Assembly: GCA_964458915.1 (NCBI GenBank)
Contig: CAYWKY010000001.1
Coordinates: forward strand, 1 to 38,492
Source of the DNA: an uncultured Faecalibacterium sp.
GTDB taxonomy: Bacteria > Bacillota > Clostridia > Oscillospirales > Acutalibacteraceae
Direction: 5' to 3'
DNA length: 38,492 nt
Positions 36,741-38,492 of the stretch are shown here, piece by piece. A program made the position numbers and the translations under genes. The stretch's first letter is position 1; each line of letters begins with the position of its first letter. The notes below the pieces were generated by a model. That model searched no databases. It saw only the letters and a list, made by a program, of their open reading frames with translations, and was not told the origin of the DNA.

Positions 36741-38012
36741 ATGTTTATAGATAAAGCCGTAATTAAAATTAAAGCCGGTGACGGTGGCAACGGCGCTGTT
36801 GCTTTTCACCGTGAAAAATATGTAGCTTCCGGCGGACCTGACGGCGGTGACGGCGGTAAGGGTGGCGATATTGTCTTTGAGGTTGACGATAATTTATCCA
36901 CACTGGCGGATTTTAAATATAAAAGAAAATATAAAGCGCCTAACGGTATGGACGGACAAGGCGGAAGACGAAACGGAAAAAAAGGTGAGGATCTTGTTAT
37001 AAGAGTTCCCAGAGGTACTATTATCAGGGAAAAAGAAAGCGGTACACTTATGGCGGATATGTCTGACGACGATTCCTTTATTGCTGCAAAGGGTGGCAGA
37101 GGCGGTTGGGGTAACAGCCATTTCGCAACACCCACAAGACAGACACCGCGTTTCGCAAAGGGCGGCACGCCAGGCGAGGAATGGGAGGTTGTTCTTGAAT
37201 TAAAGCTTCTTGCCGATGTGGGACTTTTAGGCTTCCCCAATGTGGGCAAATCCAGCTTTATTTCTGTTGTCAGCCAAGCTAAGCCTATTATTGCCGACTA
37301 TCATTTCACAACAATAACCCCGGTTTTAGGTGTGGTTTCAATGGGCGAAGGCAACTCCTTTGTTATCGCTGATATACCCGGCCTTATTGAGGGTGCAAGC
37401 GAGGGTATCGGTTTGGGTCACGCTTTTTTAAGACATGTTGACAGATGCAGAATGCTCGTTCATATTGTTGACGTTGCAGGTAGCGAGGGCAGAGACCCGA
37501 AAGAGGATTTTGAGAAAATCAATCTTGAGCTTGAAAGATTTAATCCGGAGCTTGCTCAAAGACCCCAAATAGTTGTGGGCAACAAAATTGACCTTGCAAG
37601 CGAGGAGCAAAGAGAAGAATTTAAAAGCTATATTGAAAATCAAGGCTATAAATATTTCGAGATGTGTGCGCCTATTACTATGGGTACAAAAGAGGTTATC
37701 GACGCTGTTGCGGCTATGCTCAGTACCCTGCCGCCGGTAAAACGCTACGAGAGCGAAGAAATTCCCATGGAAACTCTTCTTTCAAAGCAAAACACAGGCT
37801 TTACAATCGAGGTGGAGGACGACGTTTATATTGTTGAAGCGCCTTGGCTTATTAAAATTATTTGCCGTACCGACCTTGATGACTATGAATCCTTGCAATA
37901 TTTCCAGCGTGTACTTATTTCCAGCGGAATCATTGACGCTCTGAGAGAAAAGGGCATACAAGAAGGGGATATAGTCAGCATATACGATTATGAATTTGAG
38001 TTTATGAACTAA
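36741..38012 (+). CDS. obg: GTPase Obg/CgtA
   Basis: It has the Gly-rich Obg fold N-terminus (GGDGGNGAVAFHREKYV..GGPDGGDGGKGGD). GTPase motifs are G1 GFPNVGKSS, G3 DIPGLIEGA and G4 GNKID. The C-terminal OCT-like extension is typical of Firmicutes. Confidence 0.95.
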   Translation: MFIDKAVIKIKAGDGGNGAVAFHREKYVASGGPDGGDGGKGGDIVFEVDDNLSTLADFKYKRKYKAPNGMDGQGGRRNGKKGEDLVIRVPRGTIIREKESGTLMADMSDDDSFIAAKGGRGGWGNSHFATPTRQTPRFAKGGTPGEEWEVVLELKLLADVGLLGFPNVGKSSFISVVSQAKPIIADYHFTTITPVLGVVSMGEGNSFVIADIPGLIEGASEGIGLGHAFLRHVDRCRMLVHIVDVAGSEGRDPKEDFEKINLELERFNPELAQRPQIVVGNKIDLASEEQREEFKSYIENQGYKYFEMCAPITMGTKEVIDAVAAMLSTLPPVKRYESEEIPMETLLSKQNTGFTIEVEDDVYIVEAPWLIKIICRTDLDDYESLQYFQRVLISSGIIDALREKGIQEGDIVSIYDYEFEFMN

Positions 38013-38032
38013 AAAATCTAAAGGATTATTAT

Positions 38033-38422
38033 ATGGAAAGATTTGTAAATTCTAAGTGTAACCCTAAAACCTTAAGTCCGCTGAATCTTGCCTTTGTTGG
38101 GGACACGGTTTTTGACCTTTTTGTCAGAGAAAGTCTTGTCTGTCAGGCTAACAGACCTGTTAATAAGCTTCATCAGCAGTCAACTAAAATGGTTAAAGCC
38201 GGCGCACAGGCTGAGGCGGCAAAGAAAATTCTTCCTATTTTAACTGAGGAGGAATTAAGTGTATTTAAGCGTGGCAGAAATGCCCATACTAATCACAAAG
38301 CGAAAAACGCCAGCGAGGGAGATTATCACTATGCTACAGCAGTTGAAGCACTTTTCGGCTATTTGTATCTTTCAGGTGACATCGACCGATTAAGAGAGCT
38401 GTTTGGAATTATAGCGGAATGA
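38033..38422 (+). CDS. mrnC: Mini-ribonuclease III
   Basis: 129 aa with LNLAFVGDTVFDLFVRE, KRGRNAHTNHKAKNAS and EALFGYLYLSG, matching the Mini-RNase III signature. It starts 20 nt after obg and is probably co-transcribed with it. Confidence 0.88.
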   Translation: MERFVNSKCNPKTLSPLNLAFVGDTVFDLFVRESLVCQANRPVNKLHQQSTKMVKAGAQAEAAKKILPILTEEELSVFKRGRNAHTNHKAKNASEGDYHYATAVEALFGYLYLSGDIDRLRELFGIIAE

Positions 38423-38492
38423 GAGTGAGGCTGTGCTGTGTAGGATGATTTCATTCTCACGCTTTGAATGTGCAATTAGTAATGTGCAATTA

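Overview
This 38.5-kb window looks like a low-GC Gram-positive (Clostridia-like) chromosome: AGGAGG-type RBSs, an Obg with a C-terminal extension, and a Mini-RNase III. About two thirds of it (nt 1-25776, + strand) is one giant gene. It encodes a modular, visibly acidic repeat protein that I cannot assign to any known family. The reading frame is open at the left window edge, so the true start lies upstream. The protein contains 14 diverged copies of a roughly 480-730-aa module. An exact 385-bp tandem duplication (21808-22579) splits the gene into a 7379-codon piece and a 1193-codon piece, because the duplication junction creates a TGA. Removing one copy restores a single 8444-codon frame. Downstream lie a bidirectional terminator, a long hairpin, a small 4-TM membrane protein gene and mfd (both - strand). 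A compact + strand phage-derived module follows: terS, terL, portal, protease-scaffold, a decoration-like gene, an HK97-type capsid gene and three neck proteins. It has no tail, lysis, integrase, replication or regulator genes and sits between mfd and obg. The window ends with obg (with its own near-consensus promoter) and the mini-RNase III gene. I saw no tRNA, rRNA or CRISPR. All family assignments come from motif recognition by eye; no database search was possible.
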